NCBI RefSeq assembly: GCF_016432865.1
Contig: NC_067400.1
Location: forward strand, 31,558,001-31,622,000
Length of the DNA stretch: 64,000 nt
Direction of reading: 5' to 3'
Source of the DNA: Antechinus flavipes
Taxonomy: Eukaryota
Both the position numbers and the translations under genes were made by a program. The notes under the pieces were generated by a model that saw nothing but the letters and a program-made list of their open reading frames with translations, searched no databases and was not told the origin of the DNA. Below are positions 63,261-64,000 of the stretch, in pieces; the stretch's first letter is position 1, and every line of letters starts with the position of its first letter.

Positions 63261-64000
63261 CTTGTAAGGAAGGTACCTCAATAAATATTATTATCTCCTT
63301 TTTAGAGAAGAGAAAATGCATGATCAGAGAAGTTAGGTGACTAGCCCAAAGGAGATGATGGAGCTGAGATTACAAATTGAAATTGCTTAACCTTTTCTAT
63401 AATATGGTGCCGTGTCCATAAGGAGGATACTAATTTCTCAAATGCCTAAGAAAAGTGAGATTTAAGTGAGTTGCCCATGGTCAATAAGCCAATCAACATT
63501 TATTAAATATCTATTTATGCCAGGCACTATGCTAAGTAGTAGGAATACAAAGAAAAAGACAGTCCGTACTCTCAAGGATGGAACTTACAATTTAATGGTG
63601 ACACAGCTAGAAAGTGTGGCATGTGGGATTTCACATAGTCAAGTTCTTGTTCTGTAATGCCGTGCCAATAGTATTTAATGAGTTCTTATTTTGTGCCAGG
63701 TGCTAAGTTTAGGGATACAAACCCCAAATTGAAATGATCTTTGTCATCCAGAAGATTATATTCTATCTCACATTGATATTCCTTAGTAACCATGGCCAAA
63801 ATAGCAGAAGCTAGTTTTCTTATTCTAATATAAGAATGATCTAGAATCTCTGTTTGTTTGAAGACCTTCCTTCATTACTACGATGTGAATTGGAGGAGAT
63901 AGCCTTTGATATTTCTTCCGACAGGGAGATTCTGGGATTCTGGGATCCCTTGTGACTCTGGGGACAGAAATTCAGTATGTGACAATAAATGGTCTCATCT

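Noticed and set aside
16879-64000. NLGN1 insert A2 (GPLTKK...DE) and the next constitutive exon (DIRDSGGPKPVMVYIHGG)
   Set aside because: Not found by eye in the window; NLGN1 introns are very long, so they probably lie downstream. A tBLASTn would settle it.
1-64000. tRNA, rRNA, snoRNA genes, NUMT, endogenous viral ORF or processed pseudogene
   Set aside because: None recognised; the tRNA-like A/B boxes belong to SINE heads. Infernal/Rfam and BLAST were not run.

Overview
AT-rich, CpG-depleted marsupial genomic DNA, probably a dasyurid such as the Tasmanian devil (inferred from WSINE1-type SINEs and marsupial L1 3' ends), with four N-gaps. The window lies inside the neuroligin-1 gene (NLGN1, + strand). 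It contains the first coding exon (15516-16317; ATG at 15825; residues 1-164) and the 60-nt alternative splice-insert A1 exon (16819-16878). The rest is intron packed with MIR/CORE-SINEs, WSINE1, RTE-tailed SINEs, L1, L2, L3/CR1, hAT MITEs and microsatellites. No other ORF in the track is credible. Top observation: back-splicing of the first coding exon gives an 802-nt circle encoding exactly 173 aa ending GYQPTANWI*, matching the architecture of the eutherian circNlgn/Nlgn173 product as I recall it (tail GYRPAANWI). A predicted A1-containing circle would add a bipartite-NLS-like motif. Also notable are an 8-uATG leader with an internal acceptor that bypasses 7 of them, an Rbfox motif cluster upstream of A1, and an L1 carrying two nested L1 insertions. 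Repeat family names and most repeat boundaries come from recalled consensus sequences and are approximate. No prokaryote-type system (CRISPR, operon) is present.
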